NCBI GenBank assembly: GCA_046861385.1
Contig: JBHHTW010000025.1
Span: 1-32,836, forward strand
Direction: 5' to 3'
Length of the DNA: 32,836 bases
Origin: Fidelibacterota bacterium
Lineage (GTDB): Bacteria; Fidelibacterota; Marinisomatia; Marinisomatales; TCS55
The translations under genes were made by a program, and so were the position numbers. Below, in pieces: positions 18,755 to 28,008 of the stretch. The notes under the pieces were generated by a model. That model did no database searches and was not told the origin of the DNA. It worked only from the letters and a program-made list of their open reading frames with translations. The number at the start of each line of letters is the position of its first letter. Position 1 is the stretch's first letter.

Positions 18755-19872
18755 GATTGATACAGTGTTTCTAATTTTTCAATAAATACTCGCCATGAAA
18801 ATTGCTGTTTAAATTCTTGAATGTGGGAATCAAAATCTGTTGAATTTTGAATACGATAAAATTTCAATATTCCTACAGCAATATCATTAGGATTAGGATT
18901 CACCACTAATCCTGTTTGACCATCAATAACAATTTCTTTTAATCCACCCACATCTGTAATGATTACCGGTTTGTTAAAATGATATGCAACAGGAACAATA
19001 CCACTTTGGGTCGCTGTTTTATAGGGTAAAACAATCGCATCAGCGGCCGAAAAATATTTATAGACTTGATCATTAGGAATAAACTCCATTCTCAAGTCAA
19101 TAATTTCCTCCACCTCATTATCTTTAATCAATTTTATATATTTCTCCTGATCCTCATAGCAATCGCCAACTGCCAGAATTTTAAACCTACCGATTTTTTC
19201 TTTAAGCTTTCCAGCCGCTTTAATTAATAAATCCAGACCTTTATATTCCCTGATAAGTCCAAAAAATAAAATCATATTCTCTTCGTTTATTTCAATGAGA
19301 GATTTCGCCTCTTTTTTTGGTATTTTTTCTCCAAAAAGATCGAAGAGTGGATGAGGTGTATAAACATAATCAGCATGAGGGTAAAATGACAATAACTCTT
19401 TTTCAACCGCTTTAGACATTACCATAAAGAAATCCACATTGTTGAGGAAATATTTTGTAAGTGATTCATCTAATAATCTGCTTTCATGGGGAAGAATATT
19501 ATCACAAACAACTAAGGCTTTTATTTGAAGTTTTCTCTTCACTTTTTTTAATACTGATCCAAAAGCCGGTGCAAAAAAGGGCATCCAATATTTGAAGATA
19601 ATCAAATCCGGCTGAAGTTCGATTATTCTTTTAGCCGTTTTTTTCCAGGAAAGCGGATTGGTCGAACTCAATAATCGTACTGTAGAATATTTGGCTTTTT
19701 TTTGTGATTCACTAAATTGTGATTTTCCAGGAAAAAGGGAATTGGGGTATTGAGTCGTAAAATTCAAAGCAGTAACTTGATGGTTGACAGACAACTTTTC
19801 AGCCATGGTATGATAAAAATTTGCTATTCCGCCGCGAAATGGCGGAAAAGTGCCAACGATTACGATATTCAC
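18751..19872 (-). CDS. Glycosyltransferase family 4 (GT-B)
   Basis: PPFRGGIA, LFFGLIREYKGLD, VLPYKTATQSGI, DVGGLKE. Confidence 0.92.
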   Translation of the reverse strand: MNIVIVGTFPPFRGGIANFYHTMAEKLSVNHQVTALNFTTQYPNSLFPGKSQFSESQKKAKYSTVRLLSSTNPLSWKKTAKRIIELQPDLIIFKYWMPFFAPAFGSVLKKVKRKLQIKALVVCDNILPHESRLLDESLTKYFLNNVDFFMVMSKAVEKELLSFYPHADYVYTPHPLFDLFGEKIPKKEAKSLIEINEENMILFFGLIREYKGLDLLIKAAGKLKEKIGRFKILAVGDCYEDQEKYIKLIKDNEVEEIIDLRMEFIPNDQVYKYFSAADAIVLPYKTATQSGIVPVAYHFNKPVIITDVGGLKEIVIDGQTGLVVNPNPNDIAVGILKFYRIQNSTDFDSHIQEFKQQFSWRVFIEKLETLYQS

Positions 19873-20939
19873 TTCTGGTGGATTTCTTTAACGGCTTCAA
19901 AAACCTTCGCCGGTTTTATGTCAGCAATACAGCTAACCTCATTTATGCAAGTTGGTCGATAGTAACATTCACACTCTTTATCCGGTTCAAGAATTCTTGA
20001 ATCAATAAATGTGTGAAATTCATTTGAATTAAAAATGTTATTTAAAAGGACGAGGGGTTTTTTTAACCCGACAGCGACGTGCATCGCCATCGTTACTGTG
20101 GATACGACAACGGTACATTTATTCATTAGATGAATAAATTCTTTGAAAGAAAAATAACCAAAATACTCCGCTCCGGTCTTTTTTGAGAGCCTCCTGTTTT
20201 GTTCATCCTCATTTTTCCCACCTAAAAGCAGTACATTAAAACCGTCATTTTGCAGTAAGTTAATTAAGTTCGTCCAGTGAATCATTGGCCATTGCCTGGA
20301 TGTCCAACGTTCGCCACAACCTGTATTTAATCCGATCAATGCATTCCCAATATCTATATTTTCAATAACAGCGTTTGATTTTGGTTCTGGTAAAATGTAT
20401 TCTTCCCCACTATACTTCCATCCACATATAGAAAAAATCTCCTGTAAATAATGTTGTGTATTTGATATACTGTATGAATCAGAAATACCTGTTTTAAATT
20501 TATGTTTAGCCAATTCATTGATCGGCGCAGGCATACCCAGTTTCAATCCAAAACCGTTTTTTTCTTTAATATTTAATTGCTCCATCAAAGCACATGCTTC
20601 CGGTTCTTTGTCTAAATTTACTCCAAATTCGAAATTTAATGACTTGAGGTATGTTATGCTTTCAATGGAGTAGTCCAAAGGTATATCTATAATATCCGGT
20701 AATACATCTTCAAAGTGAGTAAGCCAAAATATTCGATGATCGGGAAATTCTTTTTTAATACGTGTCAGTAATGGAGTGGTACGAATCACATCACCCATGG
20801 CACCCAGCTTAATAATTAATAGATTTCCGATTGTCGGGTCATAAAATTCACATTTTATACTGCACTCAACGTGTTTTTCTTTATGAGGCTTACATGGAAC
20901 GGTTCCCTTGAATTGTCGACAATCGTATCGAATATCCAT
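19869..20939 (-). CDS. Glycosyltransferase family 9 (LPS heptosyltransferase-like) with Cys-rich termini
   Basis: LIIKLGAMGDVIRTTP, RQWP..W, MHVAVGL; Cys clusters at both ends. Confidence 0.88.
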   Translation of the reverse strand: MDIRYDCRQFKGTVPCKPHKEKHVECSIKCEFYDPTIGNLLIIKLGAMGDVIRTTPLLTRIKKEFPDHRIFWLTHFEDVLPDIIDIPLDYSIESITYLKSLNFEFGVNLDKEPEACALMEQLNIKEKNGFGLKLGMPAPINELAKHKFKTGISDSYSISNTQHYLQEIFSICGWKYSGEEYILPEPKSNAVIENIDIGNALIGLNTGCGERWTSRQWPMIHWTNLINLLQNDGFNVLLLGGKNEDEQNRRLSKKTGAEYFGYFSFKEFIHLMNKCTVVVSTVTMAMHVAVGLKKPLVLLNNIFNSNEFHTFIDSRILEPDKECECYYRPTCINEVSCIADIKPAKVFEAVKEIHQK

Positions 20940-20950
20940 GTGAGTGAATA

Positions 20951-21874
20951 TTATAATATTTTTTTTACGCGGTCTTCTTTTCCCTGATTACTTGCAGTAA
21001 TCATTTCTGCAATCAAACCAATGGAAAAGAACCATAGACCCAAGACAAATACCATGGCACCAAATACAATCAATGCAAAATGTTTTTGAAATGGATGTCC
21101 TAAAAAAAGTTTATAATAAATAGCAATGCATTCAATAATAAATGCAAACACGACACCGAATAAACCAAATAATCCAAATAAATGTAATGGTCTTTGAGTG
21201 TAACGATTTAGAAATAAAATTGTGAGCAGATCAAAAAACCCATGAAATAATCTGCCGCCACCGTACTTCGTGATTCCGAATTTTCTATGGCGATGATTTA
21301 CAACTATTTCAGAAACTCTGAATTTCTTCTGACCGGCCAAAGCAGGGATATAACGATGCCTGCCGCCATATATGTCCAGTGATTTCACTACTACTTGTCG
21401 ATAAATTTTTAGGCCGCAATTCATGTCATGGATTTTTACACCCGTGATGACTCTGGTTACAAAATTTGCTAATTTGGAAGGTAAACGCTTGGTCAAAGGA
21501 TCATGACGATTTTTTTTCCAACCGGACACAAGGTCAAATCCTTCCTCCAGTTTTTTGATGAGATTCGGAATTTCAGCGGGATCATCCTGTAAATCGGCAT
21601 CCATAGTTATTATATACTCTCCTTCTGCCATCTTAAATCCCTCGGCCAAAGCAGCTGACTTGCCGAAATTTCTGTAAAATTGTATCACTTTTATTTTATG
21701 GTCAGTTTTTATAAAATTATTAAGAATATCGATTGATCCATCAGAACTACCATCGTCCACAAAAATTATTTCATAGTTTTGATTCGGTAATAAAACTGTT
21801 TTGAGTTCATCATACAATTCTTTGAGTGAATCAACTTCATTGTAGATGGGAATAATGATTGACAGATATTTCAT
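20951..21874 (-). CDS. Polyprenyl-phosphate glycosyltransferase, GT2 (ArnC/GtrB/CsbB-like)
   Basis: IPIYNE, VDDGSSDGS, RNFGKSAAL, MDADLQDDP, DMNCGLK; two C-terminal TMs. Confidence 0.92.
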   Translation of the reverse strand: MKYLSIIIPIYNEVDSLKELYDELKTVLLPNQNYEIIFVDDGSSDGSIDILNNFIKTDHKIKVIQFYRNFGKSAALAEGFKMAEGEYIITMDADLQDDPAEIPNLIKKLEEGFDLVSGWKKNRHDPLTKRLPSKLANFVTRVITGVKIHDMNCGLKIYRQVVVKSLDIYGGRHRYIPALAGQKKFRVSEIVVNHRHRKFGITKYGGGRLFHGFFDLLTILFLNRYTQRPLHLFGLFGLFGVVFAFIIECIAIYYKLFLGHPFQKHFALIVFGAMVFVLGLWFFSIGLIAEMITASNQGKEDRVKKIL

Positions 21875-22509
21875 GACTGTGCTTGTGGAATTGAAGATGG
21901 GATAGGTTTAATTAATTGTGGATAGGCACTGCCATATTCTCTCTCTTCGAATAAAATGTCAATTATTTGTGCGTCTGTTTTCATCACTATTTGTACAGCA
22001 TCAATGGTCAAATCGCTACGCGAAAATGTAATTTGGAATGCAGATTTATTCTCCATATTATTTAAAAATTGAAATTTTGGCTCATACCCCCAAAATATTG
22101 ATATGAGAGATTTTGGCGTAATGTATTCAAAAAATGGAAATCGAATATAAATGCTTTCCTGAGAAAATCGAATATTTTGAATGGTATCCCATGCTTCAAC
22201 AGAATTTGGTTTTAAAATCATCACCATCGTTAAGCGACCCAGTAGATCTTTAAAATGAATATAAACATCTTCACCAGTACTTGTAAAATAGAAAGACAGC
22301 TTACCATTTACGGATCCTTTTGAAATCAAAGTCCCTTTTCCTCGGCACATTTTTTGATCTATAACCATTTGCCTATAATCTTTTTCATTTTCTTTCTGCA
22401 ACACGGCGGGTCGGGGGTTGACTGATCTGCAACCGTAGTGAGAAATCATAACAAATATACCCATAAATATTATTTTATTTAGATAGTACTTTGGTTTTAA
22501 GTATTTCAT
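21871..22509 (-). CDS. Putative lipoprotein, possibly LolB/DUF4292-like
   Basis: Lipobox-like HYGC after a hydrophobic stretch; beta-rich body including DLLG; about 200 aa; directly downstream of the TPR lipoprotein. The family call is inference. Confidence 0.5.
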   Translation of the reverse strand: MKYLKPKYYLNKIIFMGIFVMISHYGCRSVNPRPAVLQKENEKDYRQMVIDQKMCRGKGTLISKGSVNGKLSFYFTSTGEDVYIHFKDLLGRLTMVMILKPNSVEAWDTIQNIRFSQESIYIRFPFFEYITPKSLISIFWGYEPKFQFLNNMENKSAFQITFSRSDLTIDAVQIVMKTDAQIIDILFEEREYGSAYPQLIKPIPSSIPQAQS

Positions 22510-24070
22510 TCTCGGGATTTATTTCAAATGCTTTTCTATAATATTTACGTGCTTCTTCTGACTCACCGGATGCCAAGAATACATCTCCTAGATGTTCCAA
22601 TACAATTGCATTAGAATTATCCATTTTAACTGAATTATAGATGTAATCAATTGCTTCTTCAATATGTCCAAGTTTGAAATGTATCCATCCATAAGTATCT
22701 AAATATGCAGCATTTTTCGGTGCGATTGAAATCGCTTTGGAAGCATAGCTGAGGGCGTTTTCCAGTTGGGTATTTCTTTCTACAAGGCTATAAGCATAAT
22801 TGTTGAAAGCTTGCGCATCCGTACTATCAGTAAGAATTAGGTGCTGGTACATTGAATCTGATATGGTCCAATTATGTTCTGTATCATGAATGATTGCTAA
22901 CATATGCATTATATTTCGTGCTTTAGGGGAAATTTTCAAAGCACGGTTTAAGTAAATTATTGATTTATCATATGTTTGATTTAGATAATACGAGTTTCCC
23001 AAGAGATATTGAATAGCGTATTCTGTTTGAAAAGTTTCAGCAACATTTTCTAGGACAATAATAGCATCGGTGATATTATTGTCATTCAAATAATTGAGAG
23101 ACTTATTGATGTAACCCCGATAATCATCAGGAGCCAGGATGATCATTTTTTCGGAATAAATATTTGCAGAATCAGATTGATCTAATTCTATAAATGCTGA
23201 TGTTAAAAAGTGCAGTAATTCAATATCATCCTGATTTAACATTAATGCTTTCCGAAAAAATGATAGTGATTGTTCGAATTGACCTTTTTGGTAAAAAATT
23301 ACGCCTGATTGAAATAATCGATCCTTCGTTATCCCCTCGATATCCAATATACTGTTTATAATTTCTATTGCTTTGTCGTAATCCTCATCCATAATGACCA
23401 GGTCCGCATAGGCACTTAAATAATTAATATTCTGGTTATCAATTTCCACAAGATGGGCATATACATCTCGTGCTAATTGCAGCTGATTGGATCGTAATGC
23501 AATTTCGGCAGCTTGCTCAAGCGACTTGATTTGTGATGGATCAATCTCGTATGCTTCTCTGAATAATTGGATGGCCACTCCCCACTGCTTTTGGGCAGCA
23601 GCAAGCTCCGCAAGAGCATTAAGGTGCTCCGCATTATTCGGTTCAATTGATGAGAGTTTTCTAAACTGATCTTCTGCTTTTTTATACTGATGGCGAATAA
23701 TATATTGGTTGGCAAGCATTATTCTTGCATCAGTATCGTTATTATTTAGAGATATTGCTGATAATAAGTGGTCTTCAGATCGCTCAATCTTTCCGATTTT
23801 CCATAAAGCGTCGGCCAATGATACATGAATCGCTCCGGCGTTGGGATCCAACGTTAAGGCATCCTGCAGTTCAATGATAGCCATCGCATAATTATTTTGA
23901 CTAATGTATAATTGTGCATCCATAAAATGCTCTATCGCCTCTGGGTTTGGCTCATGAGGTTCTGTGATGATTATTTCTTTTGAACTGGGATCGGTTGAAG
24001 AGACCGGATGTTGTGAGCAGCCGATAAAAATGAAAAGAATTGTGAATATAAATTGGCGGGATAGTTTCAT
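22475..24070 (-). CDS. TPR-repeat lipoprotein
   Basis: Lipobox FIGC; many TPRs; C-terminal NNYAYSL..., YLDTYGWIHFKLG and EHLGDV motifs. Confidence 0.9.
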   Translation of the reverse strand: MKLSRQFIFTILFIFIGCSQHPVSSTDPSSKEIIITEPHEPNPEAIEHFMDAQLYISQNNYAMAIIELQDALTLDPNAGAIHVSLADALWKIGKIERSEDHLLSAISLNNNDTDARIMLANQYIIRHQYKKAEDQFRKLSSIEPNNAEHLNALAELAAAQKQWGVAIQLFREAYEIDPSQIKSLEQAAEIALRSNQLQLARDVYAHLVEIDNQNINYLSAYADLVIMDEDYDKAIEIINSILDIEGITKDRLFQSGVIFYQKGQFEQSLSFFRKALMLNQDDIELLHFLTSAFIELDQSDSANIYSEKMIILAPDDYRGYINKSLNYLNDNNITDAIIVLENVAETFQTEYAIQYLLGNSYYLNQTYDKSIIYLNRALKISPKARNIMHMLAIIHDTEHNWTISDSMYQHLILTDSTDAQAFNNYAYSLVERNTQLENALSYASKAISIAPKNAAYLDTYGWIHFKLGHIEEAIDYIYNSVKMDNSNAIVLEHLGDVFLASGESEEARKYYRKAFEINPENEILKTKVLSK

Positions 24071-24084
24071 TTTTTTTTATACTA

Positions 24085-25815
24085 TTAATTGATTAATGTG
24101 GATCCACTTGCACGATCCAACTGTTCAGAATAAATAGTCACATGGTTCCCGCCTTTTGCTTTAGAATCATACATTGCTTCATCCGCTTTGGAAATAAGAT
24201 CGCCAACGTTATCTGCATCGTTTGGATATTCCGATAATCCGCAACTAATAGTCATTTTGACGTCGATTTTTTCTAATTTAAATGGATATGTGGCTATCTT
24301 TTCGATTATTCGATGAGCAACAGTAATGATGTTCTCAACGGTTGTATTGATCATTAATATGGCATATTCTTCACCGCCGTATCTTCCAACCACATCGATG
24401 GTTCGAACATTTTCTTTTATAATCCTAGCAACTTCTCGAATAACATAATCTCCATAAAGGTGTCCGTAAGAATCATTGATGCGTTTGAATTTGTCCAAAT
24501 CCAAAATGGCAAAGACAATACTATGATTGTAACGATTTGCCCTGCTTGTTTCTTCTTTAAAACGATCCAGAAATGCTTTATGATTCAATAAACCGGTGAG
24601 GCCATCGTGCATGGCATTGTCTTTCATTGACAAATATTGATGTTGCCAGGTAAGGATCAATGCAATTGTCGAAGCCAATAGTTCCAATAGATTTTTATCT
24701 GTTTTTGAAAATTGATGAGATCCCTGTCTCTCAAGTGTTAAACTTGAAAAGACCTTTCCATTAACCAAAATGGGGACAGAAAGCATCGAGTTAAATGGGA
24801 CCTTTTCCAAATCACCATCTATGAATCGTCCATTTTCATTAAAATCGTTGATTACATTTGAGGAGATTAAAGTTTCTTTTGTTCGATAAATATTACCAAA
24901 CAAACTACCGGTAATTGAATATATTTTATCCTGATTTACATCACCCGTATAGCCGTCTTCCAGAACAACCTTAAAATGTTCACCGTCGTCATGAAGATTA
25001 GTGATTGTAAGTTTGTCATAGGAAAAGGATGTTCTGCAAAGATCTCGTACTTTTTTGTAAAGGTTGTCGCTTTCAAAATGAATATCCAATGAATTCAGCA
25101 AACTGGCTATCTGATTATGAAAAAATATATCGAAAGATAACTTTTCTATATTATCTAATTTTACCATTCCAATAGAAACAAAATGACTAATACTCGTCAA
25201 CATCTCTTTATCTCTCTCACTGATATGTGAGAAATGATCGGTTTGAATAATAAGACAGCCCATCGGTGTATCTTTATAAAGCACTCTGGATCCAAGGGCA
25301 CATTCGCTTCCTCGCCATGTTTTTTCCATAAACAATTCATTCCAATCAGATCGAATATCCGATTGCTGTATCAACATGGCATCGCTTTGATTCATAATTG
25401 CTTGAACTAAATCATTTTCAATATTTATAGATTCCCGAAAAATATCATTTCTTGAAAATTGGATATTTAAAGTTTTACCACTATCATTGAGCATATAGAA
25501 TGCAGCGTTATAATTTTCGTTAATTGCAGAAATCATATTAAAAACTACATTTAGCAGTTGTTTATATTGAACCTGTAGATTTTCGTGAATGCTTGAACTT
25601 TGGTTTCCGGAAGCGGATTCCTCATTATTATTAGTTTCATTTATTTCAACAGAACCGTTTTCTGAAATTGAATATTGATATAATGCTACCACTATCAAAA
25701 TGAAAACAATTACATTTAATATATCATAAATGGACCCGTCAGGATCAGGATAAATAAATAAAATAAATGACGCTATGGTCAGTATTGATATAGCTATCAG
25801 TCTGTTAATGTTCAT
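24085..25815 (-). CDS. Membrane-anchored GAF-domain diguanylate cyclase (GGDEF)
   Basis: Two N-terminal TMs; two GAF-like regions; HDGLTGLLN, DLDKFKRINDSYGHLYGD, RTID (I-site) and GRYGGEEY. Start uncertain (25815 preferred, up to 25857). Confidence 0.92.
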   Translation of the reverse strand: MNINRLIAISILTIASFILFIYPDPDGSIYDILNVIVFILIVVALYQYSISENGSVEINETNNNEESASGNQSSSIHENLQVQYKQLLNVVFNMISAINENYNAAFYMLNDSGKTLNIQFSRNDIFRESINIENDLVQAIMNQSDAMLIQQSDIRSDWNELFMEKTWRGSECALGSRVLYKDTPMGCLIIQTDHFSHISERDKEMLTSISHFVSIGMVKLDNIEKLSFDIFFHNQIASLLNSLDIHFESDNLYKKVRDLCRTSFSYDKLTITNLHDDGEHFKVVLEDGYTGDVNQDKIYSITGSLFGNIYRTKETLISSNVINDFNENGRFIDGDLEKVPFNSMLSVPILVNGKVFSSLTLERQGSHQFSKTDKNLLELLASTIALILTWQHQYLSMKDNAMHDGLTGLLNHKAFLDRFKEETSRANRYNHSIVFAILDLDKFKRINDSYGHLYGDYVIREVARIIKENVRTIDVVGRYGGEEYAILMINTTVENIITVAHRIIEKIATYPFKLEKIDVKMTISCGLSEYPNDADNVGDLISKADEAMYDSKAKGGNHVTIYSEQLDRASGSTLIN

Positions 25816-25893
25816 TTCCAATAAAATCCTTGCTGGTTGAAAATACATCTTTAGCAAGGATATCTGGAAGGGCTTTAAAGAACGAAGTAAAGT

Positions 25894-26433
25894 TTATGGT
25901 CTTTTATCACCCACTAATTGAATTTGATCCTCAAAACCATTTTTTTGTGAATTCTGTAAGTTGAAATCGGTTGAATCATCCTCATTTTCAACCAAGAGTT
26001 CATCTTGGGCTCTTCTATTAACATCAGGTATATTATTATAATCTTTCCCTTCAGCCATGTTTGATGGGAATCCCGCCGGTTGGGGTGTTTTAGGTTGTGC
26101 AAGTTCTATACCCAGCATTAAAACTGCAATGATTGCTACAGCAGATAGTCCTACCATAAGCGGTTGATACCCTGCGAATGTGTGAGTCGGTTTAGCGGTC
26201 GACTTACCTTCATTTATAACCGTAATCCGTTTATATAAATTGTCGGTAAATGAATCTGATGTTTTCACAATTGGCAAAGACTTCATTGATTCCATGATTT
26301 GCTTCACGGATTTAATTTGCTCTTTTGCGCCCGGATGATCGTCTAAGTAAGTTTCAAATTCCTTGCGTAGACTCATTGATAGATTATTTTCGATATATTC
26401 GGATATTAAATCCTCAAACTGATAGCGGTCCAT
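25894..26433 (-). CDS. Putative membrane anti-sigma factor
   Basis: Follows the ECF sigma; N-terminal LISEYIENNLS..FETYL anti-sigma-like domain, one TM, acidic C-terminus; GGAGGA RBS at 26445-26450. Confidence 0.78.
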   Translation of the reverse strand: MDRYQFEDLISEYIENNLSMSLRKEFETYLDDHPGAKEQIKSVKQIMESMKSLPIVKTSDSFTDNLYKRITVINEGKSTAKPTHTFAGYQPLMVGLSAVAIIAVLMLGIELAQPKTPQPAGFPSNMAEGKDYNNIPDVNRRAQDELLVENEDDSTDFNLQNSQKNGFEDQIQLVGDKRP

Positions 26434-26453
26434 TCTATATTTTGTCCTCCAGT

Positions 26454-27026
26454 TTATCTGAATTCTTTAAGTGAGTGTTGTAATTGTATTCTTGCACGAT
26501 TTATTCTCGATTTTACAGTTCCAAGTGGAACGTCTACGATTTTACTGATCTCTTCATAAGAAAGTTCCTGAATATCTCGTAAAATTACTACAGTGCGAAA
26601 ATGGAGTGGTAATTCCTGAATTGCTTTTTGTATCTGTTTTTCTGCAAAATGACCTTGGGCTGTTTCACCGGTTTCCGGTTCTACAGATGGCAAAATGTAT
26701 TCGCTTTCTTCTGTTCCCATCTGACTTAGATTTGTTACTTTATGCCGTTTTTTTCGACGTAATTCTGTTTTGGCTAAATTTCCAGCTATTGTATATATCC
26801 ACGTAGAAAATTTCGCTATATTTCGATAATAATGACGATGAGTGTATAATTTCAGGAGCGTATCTTGAACAATATCTTCGGCCTTTTCTAAATCGTTGAT
26901 AAACCGAAATACGAAACTCATCAGGCGATCCCGATAGCGATTGACTAATTCAGTATATGCTTGTTCATCTCCTTCCTGGAAACGAGTAATTAATTCTTCA
27001 TCTGTAAATCTAAATTCGCTATCCAT
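26454..27026 (-). CDS. ECF RNA polymerase sigma-70 factor
   Basis: AEDIVQD, FSTWIYTIAGN (region 2) and LSYEEIS..VPLGTVKSRINRAR (region 4). ATG at 27026, overlapping the holA stop, is preferred to 27080. Confidence 0.94.
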   Translation of the reverse strand: MDSEFRFTDEELITRFQEGDEQAYTELVNRYRDRLMSFVFRFINDLEKAEDIVQDTLLKLYTHRHYYRNIAKFSTWIYTIAGNLAKTELRRKKRHKVTNLSQMGTEESEYILPSVEPETGETAQGHFAEKQIQKAIQELPLHFRTVVILRDIQELSYEEISKIVDVPLGTVKSRINRARIQLQHSLKEFR

Positions 27027-28008
27027 TATGACCGAGGGTATTGAAGAGAAATCTTGTGAGTAGGGATTCATTGTTTTCACTTGATGTTTTTATACTTCTG
27101 TCAATATCACCGAGGATTGCCAGTGTATTTTCAATTTCTTTTTTGGTATATTTTTTCCCATGGGAAGGTAGTTTATTTTTTACTCCATTGGTTAAGGGAA
27201 TAAAACCACTGAAAACTTTGGAAGTTCCATTTTCCATTTTTATATAGAGAAGTTCCTGAAATAGAGACGTCAAATTTGGTATCAATGTCATAAAATTATT
27301 CCGTGAAATTAAGTCATTTCCGATGATGAGAGCTTTAGATAAATCTTTTTGTCCGACAGCATTTAAGAATTCCCACATTTTGAATTCACGATTCCATCCA
27401 CCAAATTTTCGTACATATTCCGGTGTTAAAATATCCTTATCATCTAAACCAATACAAATTTTTTCTATTTGATTATATATATGATACACAGAATCACCAG
27501 ACATATCCAGTACCTCCTGAATTACGCTCGGTGGAGCGTCAATTCCCTGATCGTCAAAGAATCGTTTTGCCCAAGATCGAAGTTTATTTTCAAAAGGACT
27601 TCTGCAATCAATAGGTTTAAGTATAGTTTTTAGTTTTTGAGTTAAAGACAATTTGGAATTGAAATCATCAAGAATGATAACTAAATAGTGATTGGCTATT
27701 GGATTATTACAAAACTGGAATAATTCATCTCGATATTTACCCCTTATGAGTTGTGGATTTCTTAATACAAATAATTTACTCGCGCTGAATAGGTCCGCTT
27801 GCATCAGACGATCAATTATTTCCGACTGTCCCATATCTTCAGGGATCAGAATTTCCCGATGAGTATCTTTTTGGCTGAAGATTAATTTTTCAAGTTTTTG
27901 TATAAGATATTCATGTAAGAAATAGTCGTCCCCCAATAGGAAATAAATTTGTTGTAATTCTCCCCTTTTGAAAGAATTAAAAACATCATTAATCGATTGC
28001 GTTTTCAC
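27019..28008 (-). CDS. holA: DNA polymerase III delta subunit
   Basis: IYFLLGDDYFL, DLFSASKLFVL, NQIEKI and C-terminal IDRSIKTS match HolA; about 330 aa; GTG start. Confidence 0.85.
   Translation of the reverse strand: MKTQSINDVFNSFKRGELQQIYFLLGDDYFLHEYLIQKLEKLIFSQKDTHREILIPEDMGQSEIIDRLMQADLFSASKLFVLRNPQLIRGKYRDELFQFCNNPIANHYLVIILDDFNSKLSLTQKLKTILKPIDCRSPFENKLRSWAKRFFDDQGIDAPPSVIQEVLDMSGDSVYHIYNQIEKICIGLDDKDILTPEYVRKFGGWNREFKMWEFLNAVGQKDLSKALIIGNDLISRNNFMTLIPNLTSLFQELLYIKMENGTSKVFSGFIPLTNGVKNKLPSHGKKYTKKEIENTLAILGDIDRSIKTSSENNESLLTRFLFNTLGHNG

Noticed and set aside
27027-27080. Long N-terminal extensions of the sigma ORF (and similarly pgeF 30946-31002, rsmB 5968-5988)
   Set aside because: Artefacts of longest-ORF start choice; downstream starts next to the upstream stops fit better.
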